From Deinococcus sp. (lineage in GTDB: Bacteria > Deinococcota > Deinococci > Deinococcales > Deinococcaceae): a DNA stretch of 64,000 bases. Each line of letters starts with the position of its first letter. Within the stretch, counting starts at the first letter, position 1. A program made the translations under genes and the position numbers. Of the stretch, positions 50,762 through 61,714 are shown one piece after another. The stretch spans positions 800,001-864,000 of the forward strand of contig OZ253375.1 of assembly GCA_965261005.1 (NCBI GenBank), read 5' to 3'. Under the pieces are notes generated by a model. That model had not been told where the DNA came from. It saw nothing but the letters and a program-made list of their open reading frames with translations, and searched no databases.

Positions 50762-51343
50762 TCACGGGTTTTTCTTTTTGGGCACGAGCTTGCCGTTCTT
50801 GCAGTCTTGGGTGCCGTCAAGGCGCGCGGTCAGCTTGCCGTCCTGAAGGGCGGTCTGCTTGAGGTCGAAGCTGGCCTGTACGGGACCGCCCGCGAAAGTC
50901 ACGTCGGGATAGACAATGCTCGCCTTCGGCGCGCTGAAACCGCTCTGTTGGTCAATGACAATCGGCTTCTCCTGCGTGCCGGTGAGCTTGACGGTCACGC
51001 ACTGGGACGGCACGTACAGGTCAGCCCTTTGCGTGCGCAGGTTGTCGCTCGCGTCAATAATCAGGCGGTCGGTGGTGATGGTGGTGTCCAGCTTGCCGTT
51101 CACGATGCGCTCGCCCACCTCGGGACGCTCGATGTTGGTCTCACTGCTGACGGGATCGAAGCTGATGCTGGGCGCGCGAAAGCGCCACTCGGCCTGGGTG
51201 TCCTGCGCCGGGTACAGCCTGAGCTGCACGCCGCGCAGGGTCACGCCCGACTGGGCGCTCAGCGTGGAGGGTTCGGGCAGCAGGGCCACCACCACCGCGA
51301 GCACGAGAAGCGCGACGAGCAGGGCGTAACTGTACTTGAGCAC
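50762..51343 (-). CDS. Membrane-anchored protein, putative LptC-like
   Basis: N-terminal TM then beta-rich periplasmic part; directly upstream of two lptA-like genes. Confidence 0.55.
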   Translation of the reverse strand: MLKYSYALLVALLVLAVVVALLPEPSTLSAQSGVTLRGVQLRLYPAQDTQAEWRFRAPSISFDPVSSETNIERPEVGERIVNGKLDTTITTDRLIIDASDNLRTQRADLYVPSQCVTVKLTGTQEKPIVIDQQSGFSAPKASIVYPDVTFAGGPVQASFDLKQTALQDGKLTARLDGTQDCKNGKLVPKKKNP

Positions 51344-51432
51344 GCCTTAAGCATCCGCGACGGGGCCATGAAAACGGTGAAGCGAAACTGACCCGGCCAG
51401 TCAGGCCGGAAAAAATCACTTAGTGTGGCCGC

Positions 51433-52209
51433 ATGTTCGATTCGCACTGCCACCTCGACTACTTGGAGAACCCGGCGGGGGCGCTGGGCGAACTGGGCCT
51501 CACGGGCCTGCTGTGCGTCGGCGCGGACCCGGAGCACGCCCAAAACGCCATAGCGCTGGCCGAGCAGTTTCCGCAAGTCTGGGCCAGCGCCGGCCTACAC
51601 CCCACCGAGGCGGCGCGCGACACGCCGGGGCTGCGCGCCGAGATCGAGCGCCTGAGCTTGCACCCGCGCGTGGTCGCCATCGGGGAGAGCGGGCTGGACG
51701 ATTATTGGGACGACACCCGGCGAGCCGTCCAGCTCGGCGCGCTGGAGTGGCAGCTCGACCTCGCGCGGCGGCGCGACCTTCCCATTATCATTCACACCCG
51801 CGACAAGGCGGGCCAGGACGGCGCGGCGCGCGGCTGCGCCGAGGCGTTATCGGCGGCGAATTGGCCGAAGGGTATTCTGCACTGCTTCAGCGGCCACGCC
51901 GCCTTGCTGCGCGCCGGGCTGGACCTCGGCTTTTACGTCTCCTTTGCGGGCAACGTCACCTACAAGAGCGCCCACGCCATCCGCGAGGCGGCCCGCTTCG
52001 TGCCCGGGGACCGCCTGCTGATCGAGACCGACGCGCCCTTTCTGGCCCCCGTACCCAAACGCGGCCAGCCCAACCGGCCCGGCTACGCGCGCTACACCCT
52101 GCAATTTCTGGCCGGGTGGCTGGGGGTGCCTGGGGCGGAACTGGAGGCGCTCACCGAGCAGAACGCGCGCCGGGTCTACGGCCTGCCCGAGTCCGATTTG
52201 TCCGGATGA
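51433..52209 (+). CDS. tatD: TatD family hydrolase
   Basis: [32 protein letters not shown]. Confidence 0.93.
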   Translation: MFDSHCHLDYLENPAGALGELGLTGLLCVGADPEHAQNAIALAEQFPQVWASAGLHPTEAARDTPGLRAEIERLSLHPRVVAIGESGLDDYWDDTRRAVQLGALEWQLDLARRRDLPIIIHTRDKAGQDGAARGCAEALSAANWPKGILHCFSGHAALLRAGLDLGFYVSFAGNVTYKSAHAIREAARFVPGDRLLIETDAPFLAPVPKRGQPNRPGYARYTLQFLAGWLGVPGAELEALTEQNARRVYGLPESDLSG

Positions 52210-52339
52210 CTTGGCCGTGGCCCGCGCTGGGCGTGCCGCTGCGCCCCGACGAGGACGCCTGGCCGCGCTTCGAGTCCTCGCGGCGGGATTGGGACGCGCC
52301 GCACCGGCGGGCGCCGGAGCAGTTCGGCTACGCCGAAAT

Positions 52340-52921
52340 TCACAACAAACCCCGCTCCAGCAGCGCCGAACGGGCGTAGAACAAGCTCAGGGCGCTGGGG
52401 GCGTTGGGAAGCTCGCCGGCGTCCAGGCGGCGGTAGACCTCTGGCGCCGGCACGATCCACACCTCAATCAGCTCCCCCGCTTCCGGGGACGCCTCGCCCA
52501 GCGTCACGCCGAAGGCGACGAAGGGATGAAAGACCTGCCCGGTGAAGCTCGGCTGCGGGCAGAAGGTGGGCAGCGCCAGCCACCCGCTCGCCGCGCCGCC
52601 CACCTCCTCGCGCAATTCGCGCGCGGCGGCGGCCAGCGGTTCCTCGCCGGCCTCCACCCCGCCCGCCACGGTCTCAAGCAGGGTGGTCCGCAGCGGGTAG
52701 CGGTATTGGCGCAGCAAGACGATCTCCCCCGCCGGCGTCACGGGCACCACCACGGTCGCCCGGCCGCCGCGCGGGCGGTAGACGTACTGTTCCTCGCCGC
52801 CGCCGTGCAGCCGCAGCGTGTCGCGCCACAGCGGCGGCGCGGCGCACAGCTCGGCGCGCGACAGCACGGTCCAGGGTTGCTCGGCGTCTGGCTGCAAAAA
52901 GGGGCCATCCAGGAAAGACAT
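52340..52921 (-). CDS. NUDIX hydrolase (ADP-ribose pyrophosphatase-like)
   Basis: RQYRYP, AGGVEAGEEPLAAARRELREEVG. Confidence 0.9.
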   Translation of the reverse strand: MSFLDGPFLQPDAEQPWTVLSRAELCAAPPLWRDTLRLHGGGEEQYVYRPRGGRATVVVPVTPAGEIVLLRQYRYPLRTTLLETVAGGVEAGEEPLAAAARELREEVGGAASGWLALPTFCPQPSFTGQVFHPFVAFGVTLGEASPEAGELIEVWIVPAPEVYRRLDAGELPNAPSALSLFYARSALLERGLL

Positions 52922-53050
52922 GCCGGCAGCCTACCCGTTTGCCACGCGCGTTTGTGACCGCGCGTTTTGCCAAGCGAGTTTGTAAGCTTTGCATGTTTAT
53001 GAGCTTTTCCGCGTGCCTCCTCACCGGCGCGCGTTTACAGTGAGGTTCAT

Positions 53051-54628
53051 ATGAAGCTGTGGACCCTTGTCGGCGCCCTGCTGCTGTCGGGAGCCTGCGC
53101 GCAAACGTCGCCCTTTGTCCCCTCCGCGCCCCCCGCCGCCGTCGCGCCCGGCCTGACCCCGGCTCAGCCGCTGGGCACCATATCCACACCGGCCCCTTAT
53201 CCGACCGCGCCCGCCCCCCCCACGCCCCCGACCATGCCCAGCGCCTTGCCCACGCTGGGCGCGCCGCGCGTGAACAGCGCCGGCGGAACCACGCGGGTGG
53301 TCTTTGACTTGCCGCCGGAAGCCGGCTACAGCCTGACGCCGACCTTTGGCGGGTTGCGCCTGGACTTCACGGGGGTCACGTTGAACACGCCCGGCAGCGT
53401 GGCCACGCCCGAGCTGAGCGGGCTGCAACCCCAAGGCGGCGCGGCCGTGACGCTGCTCACGCCCTTTGCGCTGGGGCTAGCCGACGGCTGGCAAAGCCTG
53501 GAGCTGACCCCGCAGGACAACCTGCCGCGCCGCTTGGTGATTGACCTGGGCGCGACCCTGCGCGGCGGCGCCCGGCAGCCGGGCAGTCCGGCGGCGAGCG
53601 CGCCGCCCGCGCCCGCGCCCGCCCCCTCCACGGCGCTGCCCATTTTGCCGCTGCCCACGGCGCCGCCCGCCAACTTCGCGCGCCTGGGCGCCCCCCGGGT
53701 CGGCAAGAATCCCGGCAGCACGCGGGTGGTGCTCGAAATTCCGCATGGCACGCCCTACACCCTGACCAGCGGCGCGCAGGGGGTGCGCATTGACCTGAGC
53801 GGCGTCACCGCCGACCCGGGGGCCGTGCAGCGCGTGTCGCCCGAACTGGCCGAGTGGCGCGAGCAGCCGACCCAAGACGGCCTGGCCCTGACCCTGCGCA
53901 CCCCCTTTCCGCTCAGAAGCAACAGCGGCTGGACGTCCCAGTTGCTTCCCCCGGCTGCGGGCAGCCGCCTCGACCGCTTGGTGATTGACTTGTCGCCCGC
54001 CTACGCCGACACCACGCCACTCGCGCCGGCGGACGCGGCGCTACCGCGCTTTCCGGGGCCGGTGCGGGTGGTGCTCGATCCCGGCCACGGCGGCACGGAC
54101 CCCGGCACCATTGGCAGCGTGATCGAGAAGCAGGTCACGCTGGACGTGGGGCTGCGGGTGCGCGCCCTGTTGCAGGCGGCCGGCGCGCGGGTCAGCATGA
54201 CGCGTGACCGCGACACCCAGCTGAGCCTCGACAAGAACACCGACCTGGCCCAGCGCGCGGCGTTGGGGGCGCTGGGCGACGTGTACGTGAGCATTCACGT
54301 CAACGCCGTGGAAAAAAACGCCGTGCTGCGCGGCTATGGGGTCGAGACTTGGTGGTATCCCAACAACGCGGGCAGCGGGGCGCTGGCCGCCAGCTTGCAA
54401 AATGACGTGGTCGGTCTGACCGGGAACTTCTCGCAGGGGATCAAGCGCGGCTCGCTGGCGGTGCTGCGCCGCAACACCGTGCCGGCCGCGCTGATCGAGA
54501 TCGGCTACGCCAGCCATCCCGTGGACGGCCAGAACTTGCTGTCCAGCACTTATCTCGACCGGGTGGCCCTGGGCATCGCGCGCGGCATTCAAGACTTTCT
54601 GGTCGGTGAGGGCGGCGCAGATAGATAG
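53051..54628 (+). CDS. N-acetylmuramoyl-L-alanine amidase (Amidase_3) with two AMIN-like domains
   Basis: LDPGHGG, EK, SIHVN, ALIEIGY; TRVVFDL and TRVVLEI repeats. Confidence 0.9.
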   Translation: MKLWTLVGALLLSGACAQTSPFVPSAPPAAVAPGLTPAQPLGTISTPAPYPTAPAPPTPPTMPSALPTLGAPRVNSAGGTTRVVFDLPPEAGYSLTPTFGGLRLDFTGVTLNTPGSVATPELSGLQPQGGAAVTLLTPFALGLADGWQSLELTPQDNLPRRLVIDLGATLRGGARQPGSPAASAPPAPAPAPSTALPILPLPTAPPANFARLGAPRVGKNPGSTRVVLEIPHGTPYTLTSGAQGVRIDLSGVTADPGAVQRVSPELAEWREQPTQDGLALTLRTPFPLRSNSGWTSQLLPPAAGSRLDRLVIDLSPAYADTTPLAPADAALPRFPGPVRVVLDPGHGGTDPGTIGSVIEKQVTLDVGLRVRALLQAAGARVSMTRDRDTQLSLDKNTDLAQRAALGALGDVYVSIHVNAVEKNAVLRGYGVETWWYPNNAGSGALAASLQNDVVGLTGNFSQGIKRGSLAVLRRNTVPAALIEIGYASHPVDGQNLLSSTYLDRVALGIARGIQDFLVGEGGADR

Positions 54629-54659
54629 AGGGACAAGTAGACTCTGGCACCAGTAGACT

Positions 54660-55901
54660 TTGGCCGTGGTCTTTGTCTTTACCTTGGAAAACGGTCTGAC
54701 CGTGCTGGTCGAGCGGCGGCGCGGCCTCGCCTTCGCGCTCGACCTCAACTTGCCGCGCGGCGCCGCGCACGATCCGCCGGGGCAGGAAGGCACGGCCGCC
54801 CTCTTAGAGGAGTGGCTGTGGAAGGGGGCCGGCGACCTGGGCGCGCGGGACTTGGCGAACGCCTTTGACGATCTGGGCCTGCGGCGCGGCGGGAGCGTGA
54901 CGCACGAGCGGACCCGCCTGGGCGCCTCCGGCCGCACCGCCGACTTCGGGCGCGCGCTGGACCTGCTCGCGCAGGTGGCGCGCCGGCCGCACCTGAACGA
55001 GAGCGACTTCGCGGCGCTCAGCGACCTCGCCCGCCAGGATGTGGAGGGCCTGGCCGACGATCCGGCCGAGCGGCTGGGCGCCGAGCTGCGTTCGCGCGCC
55101 TTTAAGGCGCCCTACGCCCATCCGGTGAGCGGCAGCTTGGACGCCCTGAGCACCTTGACGCCCGGGAACGTGCGACGTTCACACGCCCAGCTCGGCCCGC
55201 AGGGCGCCCTGCTCACGGTGGTCGGCGACCTGCCGGAAGACGAGGTGCTGGGGTTGGCGGGGCGTGCGTTGGGCGATTGGCGGGGTGGCCGTTCGGAGCG
55301 GCCCGCCGTGAGGTTTCGCCCCAATTCTTATGCCCACGTCCCCGACGACAGCCAGCAGACCCACCTGAGCGCCTTGTTCGCCGGGGTGGACCCGGACGCG
55401 GCGGAATGGCCGCTGTTCCAATTGGCCCTCGGCGTGCTGTCCGGTGGCGGCGCGTCGCGGCTGTTTGGGGAGGTGCGCGAGGCGCGCGGCCTCGCCTACA
55501 GCGTGGGCGCGGGCGCGCAGGTGACGGGCGGACGCGGCTTCGCGTGGGCTTCGGCGGCCAGCACGCCGGGGCGGGCGCAGGAAACGCTGGACGTCGTGCT
55601 GGCCGAATTCGCCCGCCTCGGGGCGGGCGTGTCGGGGGCCGAGTTCGCCCGCGCCCGCGCGCAGCTGCTCAGCGGCGTCGTCTTCGGTTCTGAGACGGCG
55701 GCCGGGCGGGCGGCGGCGCTGTCACGCGACTGGCTGACCCTGGGCCGGGTGCGGACCCTCGGCGAGGTGCGGGACACGCTGCTGGCCCTGAACGCGAGCG
55801 ACCTGAACGCCTTTTTGGAGGCCCACCCCTTTGGCGCGCCCACCGTCGTGACCCTCGGGCCGGCCCCGCTGCAAGCGGGCGGTGAGCGTGCCGTCGCCTG
55901 A
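54660..55901 (+). CDS. M16 peptidase family, non-catalytic subunit
   Basis: HxxEH replaced by ALLEE; SRLFGEVREARGLAY. Confidence 0.85.
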   Translation: MAVVFVFTLENGLTVLVERRRGLAFALDLNLPRGAAHDPPGQEGTAALLEEWLWKGAGDLGARDLANAFDDLGLRRGGSVTHERTRLGASGRTADFGRALDLLAQVARRPHLNESDFAALSDLARQDVEGLADDPAERLGAELRSRAFKAPYAHPVSGSLDALSTLTPGNVRRSHAQLGPQGALLTVVGDLPEDEVLGLAGRALGDWRGGRSERPAVRFRPNSYAHVPDDSQQTHLSALFAGVDPDAAEWPLFQLALGVLSGGGASRLFGEVREARGLAYSVGAGAQVTGGRGFAWASAASTPGRAQETLDVVLAEFARLGAGVSGAEFARARAQLLSGVVFGSETAAGRAAALSRDWLTLGRVRTLGEVRDTLLALNASDLNAFLEAHPFGAPTVVTLGPAPLQAGGERAVA

Positions 55902-57141
55902 ACCTCGTCCCGAGATTCGCCAAGCCACCTTGCCGAGCGGCGTGCGCTTGGTGGGCGAGCGCGACCCCGACGCCGAGACGGTCGCGCTGGGTTACTTCGT
56001 GATGACCGGCGCCCGCGACGAGGCGGCGGGCGAGATGGGCGCCTCACACCTGATCGAACACCTGCTGTTCAAGGGCAGCGAGCGCGTGAGCGGGCGCGAA
56101 CTGAATACTCGCCTGGACGACCTCGGCGCCTCCGTCAACGCCTACACCGGCGAGGAGACGACCGTCTACCACGCCGCCTGCCTGCCGCCGGACGCGGGCG
56201 CGCTGCTGGGCCTGCTGAGCGAATTGCTGCGCCCCGCCTTTCGCGAGGAGGACGTGCGCCTGGAGCGCGAGGTGGTGCTGGAGGAAATCGCCATGTACGC
56301 CGACGACCCCATCTCGCGCGCCTTTGACGAGTTGCGGCGGCGCGCTTGGAACGGCCACCCGCTGGGCCATCTGGTCCTGGGCACGCCGCAAACGGTCGCG
56401 GGCCTGACGGCGCAGCGCTTGAAGGGCGACTTCGCCGCGCGCTACGGCGCCCGCAACATTGTCCTGGCGGCCTGCGGCAACTTCGATTGGGACGAGCTGA
56501 CAAGTTTGGCCGGGCGCCTGACGAAGGGCTGGTCCCAAGCAACGTTCAGCCGCACCCTCTCCCCCCACACCTTCACGCCCGCCCTGCACCTGCTGCCGGA
56601 GCGTGACCTCGCCCGCGTGCAGTTCGCGCTGCTCGCTCCCGGCTTTTCCGCGACCCACCCATTGCGCCACGCGGCGGCGGTCCTGGCCGAGGCGCTGGGC
56701 GGCGACAACGGGCGGCTGTACTGGTCGTTGGTGGACCCCGGCCTCGCCGACGGCTTCGATCTGTCGCACGCCGAGTTTGAGGACACGGGCACCTTCGAGG
56801 CCGGTTGGAGCTGTGACCCGGCGCGCGCTCAGGAAACGCTGAGCATCGTGCGCGGCGAGCTGGGGCACGTTCAGCTGGAGGGCCTGACCCCCGCCGAGCT
56901 GACGCGCGCCCGCAACAAGCTGGCCGCCGGGACTGCCCTGAGCGCCGAAACCCCCTACGCCCGTCTGTTCGCGCTGGGCGAGGAGACGCTGTACCTCGGC
57001 CGGCCCAGGAGCCTGGGGGAAAGCGTGGCCGCCTTCGGGCGGGTGACGCTGGAAGACGTGGGGGCCGTATTGGAGGGGCGCCCCTTCGACAAGGCGCACA
57101 TTCTGGCGCTGGGACCATTGGATTTATCGTCGGTCGGTTGA
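55882..57141 (+). CDS. M16 peptidase family, catalytic subunit
   Basis: GASHLIEHLLFKG, NAYT, VVLEEIAMY. Confidence 0.9.
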   Translation: MSVPSPEPRPEIRQATLPSGVRLVGERDPDAETVALGYFVMTGARDEAAGEMGASHLIEHLLFKGSERVSGRELNTRLDDLGASVNAYTGEETTVYHAACLPPDAGALLGLLSELLRPAFREEDVRLEREVVLEEIAMYADDPISRAFDELRRRAWNGHPLGHLVLGTPQTVAGLTAQRLKGDFAARYGARNIVLAACGNFDWDELTSLAGRLTKGWSQATFSRTLSPHTFTPALHLLPERDLARVQFALLAPGFSATHPLRHAAAVLAEALGGDNGRLYWSLVDPGLADGFDLSHAEFEDTGTFEAGWSCDPARAQETLSIVRGELGHVQLEGLTPAELTRARNKLAAGTALSAETPYARLFALGEETLYLGRPRSLGESVAAFGRVTLEDVGAVLEGRPFDKAHILALGPLDLSSVG

Positions 57142-57147
57142 ACCCGC

Positions 57148-57825
57148 TCAGCCCAGCCCCTCGGCCGCCAGGATACCCGCGGCCACCTTCATCAGGTCCG
57201 CTCCGATCACGTCCGGCCTCGGCGCGGTGGGGTCGGGCACCTTACCGGGCCGCCCCACAAAGGCCGCCTTGCAGCCCGCCCCACTTGCGCCCGCCACATC
57301 CCAAGCGTGCGCCGCGACCAGCCACAGCCCGCCGGCGTCCGTTCCCAGGCGCCCGGCGGCGTATTCATACGGCTCGCGGGCCGGTTTGAGCCGCCGCACC
57401 TCGTCCGCCGAAAGCACCTGTTCCGGCAAGTCGCGCAGGCCCGCGAATCTCAGCTGCGCCTCGCTCGCGCTTTTCAGGGAGTTGGTCAGGGTCGCCAGCC
57501 GCACGCCCCGTTCGCGCAGGCGCTCTAGGGCGGGGCGCGCGTCGGGGTGGGCCGGCAGGTGCAGCAGGCCGTCCTTCAACCCCTGCTGGGCTTCCTTCCC
57601 CAGCGTCACGCCGCGCCGCTCGGCCACCATTCGCAAGGCCGCCCCGCCGAGTTCCTCGAAGTTCTTGTACGGCCCCACCACGCTGGATACCAGGGCGTTC
57701 TCCAGGGTCTGCGTGAACCACTCGGGCCGGGCGGTGGCGTCGCCGAAGGTATCTTGAAAGTACGGATCGAGCGCGGAAAGGTCGAGCAAGGTCTCGACCA
57801 CGTCGAAGACGACGATACGGGTCAT
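57148..57825 (-). CDS. Haloacid dehalogenase type II
   Basis: [23 protein letters not shown]. Confidence 0.9.
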   Translation of the reverse strand: MTRIVVFDVVETLLDLSALDPYFQDTFGDATARPEWFTQTLENALVSSVVGPYKNFEELGGAALRMVAERRGVTLGKEAQQGLKDGLLHLPAHPDARPALERLRERGVRLATLTNSLKSASEAQLRFAGLRDLPEQVLSADEVRRLKPAREPYEYAAGRLGTDAGGLWLVAAHAWDVAGASGAGCKAAFVGRPGKVPDPTAPRPDVIGADLMKVAAGILAAEGLG

Positions 57826-57883
57826 GGCAGCCTCCAGAAAAAAAGACTACACCCCGTCCCATTCCAAAACCCGCCAGCGTTCT

Positions 57884-60109
57884 TTAGCCTTCCAGCCGCA
57901 CCCTGGGCAAGCGGCGCTTGAGCCATGCGGGCAGCCACCAGTTCCAGTCCCCGAACAGCTTGAGTAAGCCCGGCACCAGCACCATGCGGACCAGGGTGGC
58001 GTCCAGCACCACCGCCGCCGCCAGGGCGACGCCAATGCTCTTGTTGGCGACCACCCGGCCCGACACAAAGGCGCAGAACACGATGAACATGATGGCGGCG
58101 GCCGAGGTGATCACCCGCCCGGTGCGCCCCACCGCCCGCACGATGGCCTCGTCGTTGCTGCGGCCGGCGAGGTGCTCCTCCTGCACGCGCGACAGCAGGA
58201 AAATCTCGTAGTCCATGCTCAGGCCGAACAGCACCGCGAAGAGGATCAGCGGCAGCGAGGAGTCGAGCACGCTCACCTCCCCCGGCAAGCCCAGCCAGCG
58301 CGCGAACAGGCCGTTTTGGATGACCAGCGTCACGATCCCGTAGGCGGCGCCCACCGTCAGCAGATTCATGGCCACGCTCTTGAGGGGAATCACGAGCGAG
58401 CGAAAGGCCACCGCCAGCAGCGCGAAGGTCGCCAGCAGAACCGCCGCCACCGCGCCGGGGGTGGCGGCAGCGATGGCCGCCGTGAACTCGCGCGCGCCGA
58501 TGGGGGCGCCGCCCAGCAGGTAGCTGAAGCCGCTGGCGTTCAGCGCACCGTGCAGCCGCGCCGCAAAGGCGTCCACCTCGTCCGCACGCAGGTTGTGGTC
58601 CGGCAGCACGGTCAGGCGCAGGAAGCGCCGGTCGGGCGAGAGGCTGCGCCGGGCCAGGTTGAGGGCGTCCGACAAGGTGGCACGTTCCACGGCCCCGGCG
58701 GGCCGCGCGAACGGCGAGATGACGGCGTCCACGCCGGACAGAGCTTCCAGGTTCTGCGTTAACTCACGGAAGCGCTCACGGGTCTTGGGGCTGTAGCCCC
58801 CTGCCGGCGCGTCCAGCACCACTTCGAAGGCGGACAGCAGCCCGCCCGCGCCCAAGTCCTCTACCGCCCGCAGCGCGTCGCGCGACTCGACCCCCGGCGC
58901 GAGGCCGTAGGCGCCCGCGTAGCCGAGCCGCATGCCGCGCGCCGGCAGCGCCAGCAGCAGCAGCGCGGCCGAGGCCAGCAGGACCGCCGCCCACGGCCGC
59001 GCGATCACCCGCCGGGCAAAGGCGCTCCAAGCCGCGCTGGCCGCCCCACTTTGACTCCAGGTGAAGCGCAAGAGGCGCGGGCTGTTGACCCGCTCGCCCA
59101 ATAAAGTCAGCAGGGCCGGCAGGGCGCTCAAGCTGGCCGCGACGGTCAGCAGCACCACCAGCACCCCGCCGATGCCCATCGAGCGCACAAAGGCAATGGG
59201 CGGCGCGAGCAAGGCGCCCATCGCCAGGGCCACCGTCAGGCCCGAAAAGGCCACGCTGCGCCCGGCCGTCAGCACGGCGCGCCGCGCGGCCTCGGCCCGG
59301 ATGGAACGCGGCAGCCGCACTGGCCGCCCCCCCGCCAGCTCGTCGAGTTCCTCGCGGAAGCGGTTCACCAGCAAGAGGGCGTAGTCGATGCCGGCCCCGA
59401 GGCCCACCAGCGTGATGACGCTCTGCGCGAAGGTGCTCACCTCGGTCAGCTGGGTCAGGCCGTAGAGACCCCCCAGCGCCACCGTGATCGAGAGCACGCC
59501 CACCAAAAGAGGCAGCCCAGTCGCCACCAGCGTGCCGAAAATGGCCAGCAGCACCAAGCCGGTCAGCGGCAGCGCGGCGAACTCGCTCCGCTTGGTGTCC
59601 TGCTCGGCGAACTCGGTGAAGTCGCGCACGATGGCCTGCCCCCCCGTCACCCGCACGCGCAGGGCGCCTTCCTGGGCGTGGGCGAGGTCGCGTATGCGCT
59701 CCAGGGCGGCGTTGTCCGTCAAGCTGATCTGCGCCAGCGTGAGGGTAGAGCGGCCGTCCCGGCTGGCGGTGCGGATCACGTTCGGTTCGTCGAAGCGGGT
59801 CACGCCCAGCACCCCCGGCGAGGCGCGTAACTCTTTGACAAAGGCGTCGTAGGCCCTCAGAAAGCGCAAATCGCCCGCCTTGTAAGGCGACTCCGCGATC
59901 AGCAGCACAGCGCTGTCTCCCCGCTCGCCGAAGTCGCCTTGTAAGATGTTCGCCACGCGGGTCGCCTCGGAATTGGGCAAATTGCCGGGGTTGGCGCTCA
60001 GGGCGCCGGGCGCGCGCAGCGCGAAGGGCAGGCTCACCAGGGTCAGGGCCAGCCAAAAGGCCAGCACCGGCCAAGGAAAGCGGGTGATGAAGTGAGCGAG
60101 GCGCAGCAT
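57884..60109 (-). CDS. MMPL family transporter
   Basis: [34 protein letters not shown]. Confidence 0.93.
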   Translation of the reverse strand: MLRLAHFITRFPWPVLAFWLALTLVSLPFALRAPGALSANPGNLPNSEATRVANILQGDFGERGDSAVLLIAESPYKAGDLRFLRAYDAFVKELRASPGVLGVTRFDEPNVIRTASRDGRSTLTLAQISLTDNAALERIRDLAHAQEGALRVRVTGGQAIVRDFTEFAEQDTKRSEFAALPLTGLVLLAIFGTLVATGLPLLVGVLSITVALGGLYGLTQLTEVSTFAQSVITLVGLGAGIDYALLLVNRFREELDELAGGRPVRLPRSIRAEAARRAVLTAGRSVAFSGLTVALAMGALLAPPIAFVRSMGIGGVLVVLLTVAASLSALPALLTLLGERVNSPRLLRFTWSQSGAASAAWSAFARRVIARPWAAVLLASAALLLLALPARGMRLGYAGAYGLAPGVESRDALRAVEDLGAGGLLSAFEVVLDAPAGGYSPKTRERFRELTQNLEALSGVDAVISPFARPAGAVERATLSDALNLARRSLSPDRRFLRLTVLPDHNLRADEVDAFAARLHGALNASGFSYLLGGAPIGAREFTAAIAAATPGAVAAVLLATFALLAVAFRSLVIPLKSVAMNLLTVGAAYGIVTLVIQNGLFARWLGLPGEVSVLDSSLPLILFAVLFGLSMDYEIFLLSRVQEEHLAGRSNDEAIVRAVGRTGRVITSAAAIMFIVFCAFVSGRVVANKSIGVALAAAVVLDATLVRMVLVPGLLKLFGDWNWWLPAWLKRRLPRVRLEG

Positions 60110-60245
60110 GCGCGGTCAGTAGAGCACGGGCGGGCGCGGCGCACTGTCCGCTTTTTCGTCAAGTCCTTGAAATGTCACCCTCTCCGTCATCCCGTTGGGC
60201 GAGAATAGGGACATGCAACCTGGCCCAGCGGGTAAAAATAGACCC

Positions 60246-61001
60246 ATGCGCGACCGCTTGACGACCTTGCTCGGTGTAGCCACCCTGCTGGCCTTTCTCG
60301 TGGGTCTGTATTTCGCGGTGGTGTCGCCGCCGGACGTCAACCAGGGTGACCTGGTCCGCATCTTTTACATTCACGTGCCCAGCGCTTGGCTGTCCTATCT
60401 GGCCTACGCGGGCACCTTCGTGTTCGGGCTGGGCTACCTGGTGACACGGTGGCGCAACCTCGACCGCTTGGCCGCCGCCTCGGCCGAGATCGGGCTGCTG
60501 TTCACGGCGCTGACCCTGTTTGGGGGCAGCCTCTGGGGCAAGCCGACTTGGGGCACCTACTGGACGTGGGACCCGCGCATCACGACCACGGCGCTCTCGC
60601 TGCTGATCTACGGCGGTTACTTTATCGTGCGCGGCCTGATCGAGGACCCGGAGCGCCGGGCGCGGGTGTCGGCCGTGATCGGCGTGATGGGCACGCTGTA
60701 CATCCCGGTCAACTACATGAGCGTCTACTGGTGGCGCTCGCTGCACCAAACGCCCACCATCAACGTGCTCGGGGGCCTGCGGCTGTCCGCCGACCCGCGC
60801 ATGCTGCTGGCCTTTTTGATGATGTTGCTCGCCTTTACCATTCTGTACTTCTACCTGCTCAGGCTGCGCGGCACGCTCTCAGCCCTGATAGAGGCCCGCG
60901 AGGAGCGCCAGTTCTTAGAAATAAACGGTCTGGAAATGAACGGCCTGGATTCCGGCGCCGGGCTGCCCAAGCTGACTTATCGGGGGAGGCAGCGTGGATA
61001 A
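60246..61001 (+). CDS. ccmC: Heme exporter CcmC
   Basis: IFYIHVP, WGKPTWGTYWTWDPR, WWRSLHQ. Confidence 0.93.
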   Translation: MRDRLTTLLGVATLLAFLVGLYFAVVSPPDVNQGDLVRIFYIHVPSAWLSYLAYAGTFVFGLGYLVTRWRNLDRLAAASAEIGLLFTALTLFGGSLWGKPTWGTYWTWDPRITTTALSLLIYGGYFIVRGLIEDPERRARVSAVIGVMGTLYIPVNYMSVYWWRSLHQTPTINVLGGLRLSADPRMLLAFLMMLLAFTILYFYLLRLRGTLSALIEAREERQFLEINGLEMNGLDSGAGLPKLTYRGRQRG

Positions 61002-61128
61002 GTTCGCCCCCTTCGTGCTGTGGGTCTACGGCGTCAGCGCCGCCGTGCTGGGCGGCTACCTGAGCTACCTGTACGTCCGTCTGCGCGGCGAGCGCCGGGA
61101 GATTGAGCGCGAGGGGGGGGAAGCGTGA
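60994..61128 (+). CDS. ccmD: CcmD-like small protein (44 aa; not in the ORF track)
   Basis: GTG 60994 after GGGAGG gives MDKFAPFVLWVYGVSAAVLGGYLSYLYVRLRGERREIEREGGEA; overlaps the ccmC stop and ccmE start. Confidence 0.8.
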   Translation: MDKFAPFVLWVYGVSAAVLGGYLSYLYVRLRGERREIEREGGEA

Positions 61129-61607
61129 CCGTCCCGACCCCGCCCCTTCCCACGCCACTGAGCGCCCCCCGCCGGCGGCGCCGCAACCCCGCCGGCTACC
61201 TGGTCGCCTTGGTGGTCCTGGCCGGCGTGGCGGGGGCCATGCTGTACGGCAACCTCTCCAAGAGCCTGGTGTACTTCGTGACCCCCACCGAGTATCAGGA
61301 AAAGCTGGCCGAGTACGCCGGCAAGACGCTGCGCCTGGGCGGCCTGGTCCAGCGCGAACACTACGACCCGCAAAGCCAGCTGCTGCGCTTCAGCGTTACC
61401 GACGGCACCACCAGCTACCCGGTGCATTACGAGGGCGCGGTGCCCGACCTGTTCAAGGCGAACCAGGGCGTGGTGGTCGAGGGCGCGTTCCGGGGCGGCA
61501 CCTTTCAGGCAACCCAATTGCTGGTCAAGCACTCCGAGGAATACCAGGCGCCCGCCGGCTACACCAGCCAGGCCGACCTCAAAAAGCTGCTTCAAGACAC
61601 CAAATAG
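61125..61607 (+). CDS. ccmE: Heme chaperone CcmE
   Basis: YFVTP, LRLGGLV, VPDLF, KHSEEY. Confidence 0.94.
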   Translation: MTVPTPPLPTPLSAPRRRRRNPAGYLVALVVLAGVAGAMLYGNLSKSLVYFVTPTEYQEKLAEYAGKTLRLGGLVQREHYDPQSQLLRFSVTDGTTSYPVHYEGAVPDLFKANQGVVVEGAFRGGTFQATQLLVKHSEEYQAPAGYTSQADLKKLLQDTK

Positions 61608-61714
61608 GGAGACACTCGTCAGGGGGACATGTGCCTCGCCCCCAACCGCTACGTTAAGGGACGCTAGATTGAGGGCCGTTCCCGCTTCCCCGTCTTTTTT
61701 CGAGGTATTCCCCC

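Noticed and set aside
54660..57141. First M16 gene as a pseudogene because HxxEH is missing
   Set aside because: Catalytic/non-catalytic M16B heterodimer pairs are well known and the frame is intact.
61608..61714. Riboswitch between ccmE and ccmF
   Set aside because: Only a weak GC hairpin is present, with no recognisable aptamer motif.
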